Part shown: positions 1 through 10,998 of the stretch, piece by piece
Numbering within the stretch: position 1 is the first letter of the stretch
Layout: the number at the start of each line of letters is the position of its first letter
NCBI GenBank assembly: GCA_024137785.1
Contig: JAHRHZ010000085.1
Location: 2,046,279-2,110,278 of the forward strand
Source of the DNA: Ginglymostoma cirratum
Taxonomy: Eukaryota
Direction of reading: 5' to 3'
Length of the DNA: 64,000 bases
Notes under the pieces: model-generated
The model's database searches: none
Told to the model about the DNA's origin: nothing
The model's input: only the letters and a program-made list of their open reading frames with translations
Made by a program: the position numbers and the translations under genes

Positions 1-200
1 CCCCGACTCTCCTTAATTGTTGGGATATTACTCATGTCTTCCACTGTGAAGACTGACGCAAAATACTTCTTAAGGTCTTCAGCTATTTCCTTATCTCCCT
101 TCACTAGCCTTCCAGCATCAGTTTGGAACGGCCCAACGTCTACTTTTGCCTCTCGTTTGTTTCTTATGTATTGAAAGAAACTTTTACTATCATTTCTAAT
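1..200 (-). mobile_element. CR1-type LINE ORF2 fragment
   Basis: Antisense similarity to the CR1 endonuclease-RT linker region seen in other copies. Confidence 0.55.
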
Positions 201-1715
201 CTCACTGAACAATTTCTCCTTTAATTCATCTCACTTCTGCCAAGTCAAAGGAGTGGCTATGGGCACCCGCATGGGTCTCAGTCATGCTTGTTTTTTTGTG
301 GGGTATGTGAAATGATTCTTGTTCCCGTCTTACACTGACCCTCTCCCATTTCTCTTTTCCCAGTGCATCGATGACTGTTTCGGTGTCACTTCATGTTCCC
401 ACCAGAACCTTGAAAACTTCATTCAATTTGCCTCCAATTTCCAACCCCCTATAACTTCCACATTGTCCATTTCCAACACACTGCTTTCTTTCCTTGACTC
501 GCTGTCTCCATTTCAGGGAATAAACTGTACTTTGCTATCCATTAAAAAGCCACTGACTCCTGTAGCTACCTTCACTACAGCACGTCACACCCCACATCCT
601 GCAAGGACTCCATCCCATTCTCCCGGTTCCTCCGCCTGCATCGCATCTGTTTGGATAATGCCACCTTCCAAAACAGCACTGTTGACATGTGTTGCTTCTT
701 CCATGACCTTGATTTCCACCCATTGTGACTGACAGGGCCCTTAACTGCATCCAGCCTATTACCCATGCTTCCAGTGTTGCTCCTTCCCATCACGCACAAC
801 AGCGTGATTGGGTTCCCTTTGTCTTCACATTTCATCCCACCAGCCTCCACATTCAAAGTATCATTCTCCTCCTTTTCAGACAACTCCAGTGGAATGCCAC
901 CGCCAAATACATCTTCCCCTCACTCCCCCATCTGCATTTCACAGGGATCGTTCCTTGTGAGACACCCTAGTCCATTCCACAACTGCCAACACCAGTGCCC
1001 TCCACAGCACCTTGCCATGTAACCACAGAAGGTGCAACACCTGCTCCTTCACCTCGTCCCTGCTCACCATCCAATGGTCTAAGCAGTCTTTGCAGATAAA
1101 GCAGCATTTCGCCTGTACCTCCTCCAATCTTGTGTATTGTATTCGCTGCACCCAATATGGCCTACTCAACATTGGAGAAACCAAATGCAGACTGGGTGAC
1201 CGCTTTGCAGAACACCTCCAGTCTGAGCACAAACAGGACCCTGACCTTCTCGTAGACAGTTATTTTAATACAGCGTCCTGCTCACGCACCCACATGTCTG
1301 TCCTCGGCACGCTGCAGTTTTCCAGTGAAACACAGTGTAAACTAGAAGAACAACATCTTGTCTTCAGACTAGGCACTTTAAACCTTCCAGACTTAATATT
1401 GAGTTCAACACCTTCAAATTGTAAACCACTTCTTCCTTTTATCTTGTCCTGCCCTCCCCGCATCCCAGTTACTATCCTTCCAAGTCTGGCAGGGGACACA
1501 CCATTTTTCTGCCATTCTCACATTCCAATTACTTAACCTGGACTATCAACACATTTTCTCCACCAGCACCCTCCATGCCTTCCAAAGTATAACACGAATG
1601 TTGTCCCCTCCACACTTCATTTCAGTTCTGATGAAGTGTCATGTAGACGCAAAATGTTAGCTTGCTTTCTCTCCGTGGATGCTGTCTAATCCGTTATGAT
1701 CTACAGCATTGGTTG
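201..1715 (+). mobile_element. Penelope-like element, 5'-truncated and degenerate (RT C-terminus, GIY-YIG, pLTR)
   Basis: LTLNNFSFN, GVAMGTRMG, CIDD; CxxxxCxxC zinc motif and VYCIRC...IGETK..LGDRFAEH; degenerate hammerhead at about 1628-1660. Confidence 0.9.
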
Positions 1716-1892
1716 GTTTAAGTCAAGGAGTAGATAAAAAAAAACTGTCTACAAGAATGAATAGCTGTCAATGGGAATTATTAGTAGTTGACAATTGGAT
1801 GGCAGTGGTAGCAGCGCAGGTATCAGCCTATCATTTACTCTTCCCCCTCAAACTGTCATTTACCCCTACCCTTCCCTCACCTTACCAAAGGA

Positions 1893-3650
1893 CCAAAGTG
1901 GACATGTGTGTGTGGAACTGCAGGAGATGGGTGAGGTTCTCAATGAATATTTCTCCTCTGTGTTTACCGTGGAGATAGACACGAAGACGTGGGTACTTGG
2001 GGAAGTTAGTGGCAATATCTTGGGGACAGTCCATATCACAGAAGAGGAGGTATTGGAAATATCAGAATGTATGAAGAGTAAATAAATTGCCTGGTCCTGA
2101 TCAGATATATCTAAGACATCTGCGGGAGGATAGAGAAGAAATGTAGGGGCCCTGGCTGATATATTTGCATCATCATTAGCCATGGGTGAGGTCCTGGAAT
2201 ACTGGAGGGTAGTGAATGTTTTTGGCCTTACTAGAGAAGGGCTGTAAAGAAAAAACTGGGGATTATAGACGTGTAAGCTTAACATCTGTGGTAGGTAAGT
2301 TACTTGAGAAAGTTCTGAGGGATAAGATATACATGCATTTGGAAAGACAGAGTTTGATTAGGAGTAGTCAGCATGGCTTCGTGCATGGAAGATCATTCCT
2401 TACTAAAATGTAAGACTTCTTTGATGAAATGACCAAGAAGGTTGATAAGTGCAGGGCGGCAGACATAGTCTAAATGGATTTTAGTAAGGCCTTTGATCAG
2501 GTTGTATATGGTAGGCCACTCTGTAAGGTTAGATTGTATAGAATCCAGGGAGAGCTGGCAAATTGGATACATAATTGGCTTGATGATAGGAAGCAGAAAG
2601 TAATTGTGGAAGCATGCTTGTTGGACTGGAGGCCTGTGACTAGTGCTGTGCCTCAGGAATCGGTGCTGGGTCCATTGCTGTTTGTTATCTATATCAATGG
2701 TTTGGATGAGAATGTACGATTAATAATTAGTAAGCTTGCAGATGACACTAAAATAGCTGGCATCATGGACAGTGAGGAAGGTTATCAGAAATTGCAGCAG
2801 GATCTTGATCAGCTGGGGAAGTGGGCCGAAAAATACCAAATGGATTTTAATATAGATAAGTGTGAGTGTTGCATTTTGGAAAGTCAAATCAAGGTCGGAA
2901 GTTCATGGTGAATGGTGGGGCCTTAAGGAGTGTACTGGAACAGAAGGACCTTGAAGTTTAGGTGCACAGTTATCTGAAAATAGAGTCACAAGTAGACAGG
3001 GCAATGAAGAAGGTGTTTGGCACACTGGCCTTCATCAATCAGGCCATTGAGTATAGAAGTTGGGAAGTTGTGTTGCAGTTGTACAGGACATTGGTGGGGC
3101 TGCACTTGAAATATTGTGCTCAGTTTTGGTCACCTTGCTATTGGAAGGATATCATTAAACTGGAAAGAGTGCAAAAGAAATTCACAAGCATGTTGCCAGA
3201 ATTCAAGCAACTGAGTTATAGAGAGAGATTGAACAAGCTAGGACTTTTTTCTTTCAAGCAAAGAAAAATGAGGGAGGATCTTATTGAAGTGTGTAAGGTC
3301 ATGAGAGGCATGGATAGGGTGAAAGCACTCAGTCTTTTTCCCAGGGTTGGGGAATCGAGGACTAGAGGGCAACAGTTTAAGGTATGAGGGAAAAGAATAC
3401 ATGGGAACCTGAGGGGCAACGTTTTTACACTGAGGGTCCTACGCATATGGAATGAGCTACCAGCAGAAGTGGTTGAGGCGGGTACATTAACAACATTTAA
3501 AAGGCATTTGGATGAATATATGGGTAAGAAAGGTTTAGAAGGATATGGGCCAGGTGCAGGGAAATGGGGTTAGCGTGGATGGGCATTTTGGTCACCATGG
3601 ACCCGTTTGGGCTGAAGAGCCTGGCTCTGTTCTGTAGGACACTATGACTC
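1893..3650 (+). mobile_element. CR1 LINE, degenerate RT and 3' end
   Basis: QHGF, DFSKAFD, VPQESVLGPLLFVIYIN, ADDTK, CAQFWSP motifs with frameshifts. Confidence 0.92.
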
Positions 3651-3795
3651 TTATCTTCGACATAAAAACCATCCTTCTTCTAGCTACCATGAATTCTGAA
3701 GAAGGATCACTGGACCCAAAACATTAACTCTGATTTCTCTCCACGGATACTGCCCTTCTGCTGAGGTTTTCCACCAATTTCTGTTTTTGTTTCAG
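3651..3795 (+). mobile_element. PLE family B pLTR fragment with degenerate hammerhead
   Basis: ctgaagaaggatcactggacccaaaacatt...; matches 19224, 34903, 39860 and 44024 copies. Confidence 0.7.
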
Positions 3796-4477
3796 AACTT
3801 GGGGTGCAAGTCCATAGTTGCCTAAACGTGGCCACACAAGTGGATAGGGCGGTATGCTTGCCTTTACTGGTCAGGAAATTGAGTACAAGAGTCAAGACGT
3901 CATTTTTTTTTATAAGGCTTTGATCAGGCCACACTTACAGCATTGCCTTTAGATCTGGTCACCTCATTACAGGAAGGATGTAGAGGCTTTGGAGAGGGTG
4001 CAGAAGAGATTTACCAAAGTGCTGCCTGGATTAGATGGTATGACCTATAAGAAGACGCTGGAAAAACTCAAGTTGCTTCCTGTGGAGTGGTGGAGAATGA
4101 GGGGAGACTAGATAGAAGTTTATAAAATCATGAGATGCATAAATAGCATTGACAGTCAGAATCTTTTTCCCACAGTGCAAATGTCTAATACACGGGGTGG
4201 GGGGGGGGTTGTTTAAGGTGGGGGGGGGAGTTCAAAGGAAATGTGAGGGGCACGTTTTTACACGGAGAGTGGTAGGAGTCTGGAATGTGCTGCTGGGGTG
4301 CTGGTGATAGAGGCCTTTAAGCAACTTTTAGATAAACTTATGAATATGCAAGGAATGGAGAGATACAGACTGAGGGCAGACAGAAAGGGTTAGTTTAATT
4401 TGGTTTCTTGTTTGGCATAACATCATAGGCCAAAGCGGCAATTCCTATGCTGAACCATTAAATGTTCTATGTTCTAT
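3796..4477 (+). mobile_element. CR1 3' fragment
   Basis: ERVQKRFT-like coding remnant, 3' UTR and (gttctat)n tail. Confidence 0.85.
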
Positions 4478-4479
4478 CC

Positions 4480-5180
4480 AATTAGTTTTCCTGATTACCT
4501 GCTGTAACTATGTCCTAGCTTTCTGTGTTTCATCCACAAGTACCACCAAGTCCCTTTGTGTTGCAGATTTCTGCAGGTTTTTTCCATTTAAATCACACTC
4601 CATTCTTTTGTTTTCCCTTTCAAAAATAAATAACTCCACATTTTCCCACATTTTAGTCCATTTGCCAATTTTTGACTACTTGCTTAACAAATCAATATAT
4701 CTATGTAAACTGTTTATTCCATTTGCAATTTGTCTTTCCACTTATTTTTGTGTCATCTGCAAATTTGGCTATAGTATATTCATTCCCTTCCCTACAGTCA
4801 TTAAACTGTGTAAAATATTAAACATTGTGAACAGCTGCACCCCAGCACTGATCGCTGTGGACGCCCACGGGTCACCAACCTGAAAAAGAATCTCTTGTCC
4901 CCACTCACTGTCTCCTGCCCATTAGCCAGTTCTCTATCCATAACAATATACTCCCGCTTCCTAGTATTATGAACTAACCTTTGTAAGGTACCTTGTGAAT
5001 GCCATCTGAAGTCTGAATACAACACATCTAATGGTTCCCCTATCCAGTCTGGCTGAAAATTTCTTGAAAACTCAAATACATAAGTCAGACACAGATTCCC
5101 TTTCATGAAGCCATGCTAACTCTGCTTGATCAGGTTATGATTTTCCAAATCTGCTGCTATTAATTCCTTGATAATTGAGG
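4480..5180 (-). mobile_element. Degenerate CR1 RT fragment
   Basis: Antisense remnants of KFADDTK and SVLG motifs. Confidence 0.7.
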
Positions 5181-5523
5181 ACCACTGACTAATAGAACTA
5201 TTGGAGGCACAAAGGGAAAAAAGATCTCCTCTGCTGTAACAATTCAACGATTCTGTCACCTTGTTCGCATTTCTATTGCTTGTATGTGCATCTTTGCATT
5301 GGTCACAGCACCTTTATGCTGTGCCACAATTACCCACAACGTTTCTCGATCATGTTCATGATGCAGCCTGCTCACAATTTTACAGAAGCTGAGTTGGTTG
5401 CAAGAGTGAGATGTGAATTTATTCCATCACCTTTCCTGTTCAAAATGCATCACTGCAGTTGTAATTATGTCAAAGTAGTAAAATTTAAAACAAAAACTGC
5501 AAACAAATCATTTCACTCTGATT

Positions 5524-5694
5524 GCTGATGTTTCGGGCCTAGACCCTTCTTCAGACATTTCTGAAGAAGGGTCTAGGCCTGAAATGTCAGCTTTCCTGCT
5601 CCTATGATGCTGCTTGGCCTGCTGTGTTCATCCAGCTCAACACTTTGTTATCTCAGATTCTCCAGCATCTGCAGTTCCTACCATCTCCGAAACA
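5524..5694. mobile_element. Short palindromic PLE family A insertion
   Basis: Head-to-head hammerhead copies; 14-bp TSD atttcactctgatt at 5510-5523 and 5695-5708. Confidence 0.85.
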
Positions 5695-6222
5695 ATTTCA
5701 CTCTGATTTCCTTTTTTCAACTGTTATAGACGAGACCAGAGCCACCCCACACCCCCAAAAGTATATCATGAAGATAGCCTAGATCCTAACTTTTATGTTT
5801 TTTAAAGGAAAATGTAAGACATTTATTTCCAGATGAATACAGTTGGTCCACCACGAACCTTTAATCAAAGCACATTTTATTCTTACAGCAGTTAAAATAC
5901 AACAAAAAGAATTGGCATGATTTTATTGAAACACTGAAGAAGGTAATATAATATTAACCCTAATCATCAATTGTTCCAATATAAGCAGCATCCCATAAAC
6001 ATACCCTTGGTAAAGGCAATTCAGCAACACAGCTATTATTCTCACATGCTCTCTCTCTCCCCAGTCCAGCAGAAAGAAACACCAAAGGAGACAACGACCC
6101 CTTTTGATTTTCAAGAGACAGCCGAACTAAGATTTTACTCCAGCAGTAAAGAACGCAAGCTTTAAGTTCTAGCAGCCTGCAAAAAACCCACCCCACTAAC
6201 AGCAAGCAAAACTGAAGTCTTA

Positions 6223-6397
6223 GAGATAATAGGAACTGCAGATGCTCGAGAATCCGAGATAACAAGGTATGGAGCTGCACGAACACAGCAGGCCAAGCTT
6301 CTGATGAAGGGTCTAGGCCCGAAACGTCAAGCTTTCCTGCTCCTGTGATGCTGCTTGCCCTGCTGTGTTCATCCAGCTCCACACCTTGTTGTTTCAT
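6223..6397. mobile_element. Short palindromic PLE family A insertion
   Basis: Inverted arms; 13-bp TSD aact(g/a)aagtctta at 6210-6222 and 6398-6410. Confidence 0.85.
6295..6334 (+). ncRNA. Minimal hammerhead ribozyme motif (PLE family A)
   Basis: aagctt CTGATGA a GGG-tctagg-CCC GAAAC GTC aagctt: conserved core, stem II, palindromic ACGT stem III, GUC cleavage triplet. Confidence 0.78.
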
Positions 6398-7514
6398 AAC
6401 TAAAGTCTTATGGGTCTGCATAAGCCCACCTCTCATGATTCTGTTGTCATACTTTAAAAGAGACCTTCGAGGGAGAATTCCAAAGCTGTTTACCAACTGC
6501 CTGCTTGAAGGAGATATTTTGACAACATCCCTCTGCAAGAGAAACAGGACAGAACATATCTCTTAAAGGCACAGTATAATCACACAACTCAGAAAGGGTA
6601 ATGCAATTTATAAGTACAGTGTCGAAAATATAAATTAAATTCAAATGTCACTGTTCTCTGTGTCATGTTTGGTGTTCTTCTAAAAAGTCAGATTATAATG
6701 ATTTGACAATCAGACCCAGGCATCATGTCATATAAGCCACTATTTAAAGATGCAGAATTGGTTAGTTTGGGAGGTGTGCGAGGAATGATATGTGAGCTAC
6801 TCGTCACAACTTGGCCATTCAACCACCGCATTATTTTATGAGCTCAATGTATGTTTTTATGCATGGATCCATTTCTCATGAGACCGTGGAAGTTACGACA
6901 AGGGTCACGAATAAACATGTACGCACTCCAAGTTAAATTCACGCGGCTATGTTTGTCGAGTGCATTTTGTAACCTTTTATAATTTAAAGGTATGAAACTT
7001 CATGTTACACATGGTTGAGCAGAAATTTTCAATGCTCTTCTTGGACATCACGGCCGTGAAAAATAAGGCCTAGTCTGTCCCGTGTGTATTGCTCACACTC
7101 TATAAGAACATTAACTTCCTGCCTTGGATGCCAGAACAGTAGATGCAGAGCAAACTCCAAAACTTTTACAACTCCTAATTTCGATGAATATGCTCTGCGA
7201 AGAATATGTACACTAAAAATATCCGTGACTGAATATTCAGAATTAAGCAGTCAGTAGCACGAGCCCTATCAGACTGCTTGTGCCTGTCGGAATATGGGGG
7301 GAGTTAATTAGACAAACTGCTGACGATAATCAGGTAAGTGGAAGAACTTAACATCAAAGCATATTTTGCATCGTCAATGTTCTGTTGGTTCAGCTGTTCG
7401 TCGTACAAACTGTTCCTTCCCTGGTGTTTGTGGCTAAATTGCAATAGTGAAAAGTACTATCGTATATAATTTTGAATTCGAGAATGATTAGAGGTCTCAA
7501 AAATGAACAACTAA

Positions 7515-7657
7515 GATGGAGATAGTAGGAACTACCGATGCTGGAGTCTGAGATAACGAGATTTCTGAAGAAGGGTCCAGACCCGAAACGTCAGCTTTCC
7601 TGTTCCTCTGATGCTGTCTGTCCTGTTGTGTTCATCTAGCTCTACACCTTGTTTTCC
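7515..7657. mobile_element. Short palindromic PLE family A-related insertion with hammerhead at 7565-7592
   Basis: TSD atgaacaactaa at 7503-7514 and 7658-7669; CTGAAGA a GGGTC-ca-GACCC GAAAC GTC. Confidence 0.82.
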
Positions 7658-7694
7658 ATGAACAACTAACATTGCGTGTCAGTAAGTGCACATT

Positions 7695-7815
7695 ATATGG
7701 AGGTGCCGCTGATGGACTGGGGTGAACAAGGTCAAAAGTCACACGACACCAGGTTTCAGCCCACCAGATTTATCTGAGATGACAAGCTTTCTGAGCGCTG
7801 CTCCTTCGTCAGATG
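7695..7815 (-). mobile_element. PLE family C pLTR fragment with hammerhead at 7784-7812
   Basis: Minus strand reads CTGACGA AGGAGC-agc-GCTCA GAAAG CTT; matches the ends of the 33554-34535 element. Confidence 0.72.
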
Positions 7816-9561
7816 AAGTACATAGAGACACACCACTTTATCAAAATGACCATCTGTACTTTATCGTTTCATGTAATAAACCAATTTCTAACCAAGGGGG
7901 AATCCAAGACGCTCCATCCAGAGTAATTTTATAAGATCAATTTCAAGAGACGCTGGAGGCGCATCAGGAAGGGGCTACGCCTTATACATTTTTGCTTGCA
8001 TCTCATATCTATCTCGCAAAAGCCGTTACATTTTGATGAAAGTAAGTGTACACGGGCTGGGTCTCTGAATTTCGTCCTGTGACATACTGGAGCTGCTAAG
8101 TCTAATTCGTTTTGGTACCATATTAGATGGAGAAAATGGAACAATTCTAACTTAGTCAGGAAATGAGCCAGTATGTAATTAAAGAAAAAGCGAACATTTT
8201 GTTAAAACGCAAAACGTTCCGCGAATTTACAGTTGGTTATCTCGGCTAGCCAGTGTCAGTTATGTTAAGTAATAGACAACCGCGCTGTTCAGTCTCAAAC
8301 GTTTGATCAATGGAAAAAAAAAATGATACTATCTTGTGGTTTACGTGCAAATGCTAAAGCTGCGTCATCCAGTAGAAACTGTGAAATGACAGAAAAGCAA
8401 GCTATTGAAACATCTACTTTATAAGGAAAGAATTCACGAGTGATGAGAATACGTTAATGTTGGCGTGCATTTTCGAACGACTTGAGAGGAAATAACTGTT
8501 ATTCATTTAAATTGTTAGCAATTAAATACAATAAGTGGACATCATCAGATGCAATTTATTGAAAGACGCGAAATATATTCCAGACCTTGACAGCAAGCAA
8601 CGAAAGTTTGAGTCAACTGCTGGGGCTGATCATTGTCTAACCTACTAGGAGGCAGGAATCCAGATCAGATATGTCAATCAGTTAGAAGTTGCATATTCTA
8701 TCATTCGAGACAGGATGATGATTGTTCACATTGATAATTGTGACTTCCAGCATTTTTGCTGTCTGCTTTATTCATGTGACATTAACATTATCGCCGCAAC
8801 ATTGGAATAACACGTCTTTTTTTTGAAAGCATGTATATTAGGCACTTAACCTTTAATTGACATAACCGGATGATTTGCTGAAATGTTATTTATTTCCTCA
8901 TGCCAGCTATGCAACGGTAGTTGAAATGGTCATTTGAATTTGTCCAGTACCTGATGTGACAAGTTGTTCCTTCTCAATCAAATATCGATATGGGTATTCT
9001 CGATATGAGAAAGGCAATAATTCCCTTGACATCAAAGACTAAATATTTAATATCCAGTTTAATACAAAACTGGAAAATCAATAAGCCATAGTTCGACCGC
9101 AGATTTTCGGAATGTTTAGATCTACACGCATTTGAAGACCCGAACAATGAATGCTACAATAAAGGAATAGCCTTTTTGTTACCAGTTCTCAAAGTTCGTC
9201 ACAAAATGTTGCATTTGTCAATGTTTAAAAATAGATAGACTTTTTTGTAAATTCTGTATTTTGTTATCATATGTACTTTTTTTAACGGAACACAAGTAAA
9301 ATAAATTTTGACGGGACTACAGACAGATATTAGTAGGCTTCTGCCTCGCGCTAATGGTTTTGCTGACTAGTTTAGTTCAGACCAGAAGGAACTCAGAATA
9401 GATTGAATTACTACAGTGAAATAATGCAGGATGTAAAGAACTACTAGCACAGAGAATTGCATGATAACTGGCATTTGTTCCTGTTACTTATACGACAACT
9501 AACAATTTTCCCACAACTATTCCTCAAAAGTGTCCTCAAAAGTTCAGTGTACAAAAGCTCA

Positions 9562-9740
9562 ATAGAATCATAGAATCATAGAATCTCTACAGTGTGGAAA
9601 CAGGCCCTTCGGCCCAACAAGTCCACACCGACCCTTGGAGCATCCTCTTTGCAAGAGAATGCAATAAAAAAAACTCATCAGCTTCAGAATACAACATAGA
9701 ACATAGAACAATACAGCGCAGAACAGGCCCTTCGGCCTAA
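9562..9740 (-). mobile_element. 3' tails of a SINE and a CR1
   Basis: (atagaatc)n and (atagaac)n tails each followed by caggcccttcggcc. Confidence 0.75.
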
Positions 9741-9792
9741 TGTTAGACATAATCAATACCTCATAACCATTAGCAGTTCAATCTGAAAATAA

Positions 9793-10383
9793 ATTGTATA
9801 AGACTTTCGTTCGGCCACATTTAGAATACTGCGTACAGTTCTGGTCGCCACATTATCAAAAGGATGTGGATGCTTTGGAGAGGGTGCAGAGGAGGTTCAC
9901 CAGGATGTTGCCTGGTATTGAGGGCTCTAGCTATGAAGAAAGGTTGAGTAGATTAGGATTATTTTCATTAGAAAGACGGAGATTGAGGGGGGACCTGATT
10001 GATGTCTATAAAATCATGACAGGTATAGACAAGGTGGATAGCAGGAAGCTTTTTCCCAGAGTGTGGGACTCAGTTACTTGGGGTCATGAGTTCAAAGTGA
10101 GAGGAGGAAAGTTTATGGGAGTTATGCGTGGAAAGTTTTTTACGCAGAGGGTGTTGGGTGCCTGGAACACGTTGCTAGCGGAGGTGGTAGACGCAGACAC
10201 GTTAGTGCCTTTTAAGATGTATCTGGACAGGTACATGGATGGGCAAGGAACAAAGGGATACAGACCCTGAGAAAATAGATGACAGGTTTAGACAGGGGAT
10301 CTCGATCGGCGCAGGCTTGGAGGGCCGAAGGGCCTGTTCCTGTGCTGTAATTTTCTTTGTTCTTTGTTGTTTGTTCTTTGTTC
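9793..10383 (+). mobile_element. Young CR1 3' fragment
   Basis: Open 158-aa ORF (RPHLEYCVQFWSP...) and (ttctttg)n tail; close to the 27170 copy. Confidence 0.92.
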
Positions 10384-10623
10384 TAAAACTAACGGAATAG
10401 ACGCTCGATTTGAAATCCCAGAACAAGGGACAGTCAGAGCCACTGCGAAAGTAAAACGGAGAAATTGTAGTGGATGAAAACAGAACGTCGGTTGGTTTAG
10501 ATAAGGAAAAGCGAACTGAAATGCAATTCTCTTGTTAAATCAGTCTTCATCTCCATTTCCATTGAACAGAAGAAATTACAGAGGAAATTACCCTTCCATA
10601 GAATTGAGCAACAGCATTGTTTT

Positions 10624-10629
10624 TTTATT
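10624..10629 (-). terminator. Putative polyadenylation signal AATAAA of the receptor gene
   Basis: AATAAA on the minus strand about 200 nt after the stop codon. Confidence 0.5.
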
Positions 10630-10824
10630 AATAAACATTTCCACAAACCGACAGGCATCCTAATTTGTGATTAAATATGAACAACTGGTCTGCAGTTCCT
10701 TCTGAAGTGACAGGGAAAAAACATCACTGCAGGCGCTAAGTTCTTAATACCTGGACGCATCACACTTGAGAAAGAAATGAAATCGATGCACAACACTAAA
10801 ATACTACCTCTGAGATTAGCAATA

Positions 10825-10998
10825 TTATGCGACGCTGGTTTCTGCGCAGTCGACTTCAGTTGATTCAGTTTGCACTGCTGCTTTTAGCTGGGCATACTCT
10901 GTATCCTCGTCGTTTAGTTTCAGATTTCTTACTTTGCTGGTGCCATTCGGATCGAGAGTGGCATACGTCAACCCATCATCAGCATTCGATTGCTCCAT
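10825..10998 (-). CDS. Exon 7: terminal exon with ITIM LTYATL and ITSM-like TEYAQL
   Basis: MEQSNADDGLTYATLDPNGTSKVRNLKLNDEDTEYAQLKAAVQTESTEVDCAETSVA*; branch point ACTAAC and cttcgtag| acceptor. Confidence 0.9.
   Translation of the reverse strand: MEQSNADDGLTYATLDPNGTSKVRNLKLNDEDTEYAQLKAAVQTESTEVDCAETSVA

Larger units (their letters stand above)
5722..6584 (-). mobile_element. Solo LTR, probably Gypsy, interrupted by a PLE insertion
   Basis: TGTTAT...ATCACA termini, 4-bp TSD CAAC (5718-5721 and 6585-6588), minus-strand AATAAA near 5922. Confidence 0.7.

Noticed and set aside
5259-5370. Minus-strand frame LHHEHDRETLWVIVAQHKGAVTNAKMHIQAIEMRT with AG/GT ends
   Set aside because: Weak polypyrimidine tract and no recognisable homology.
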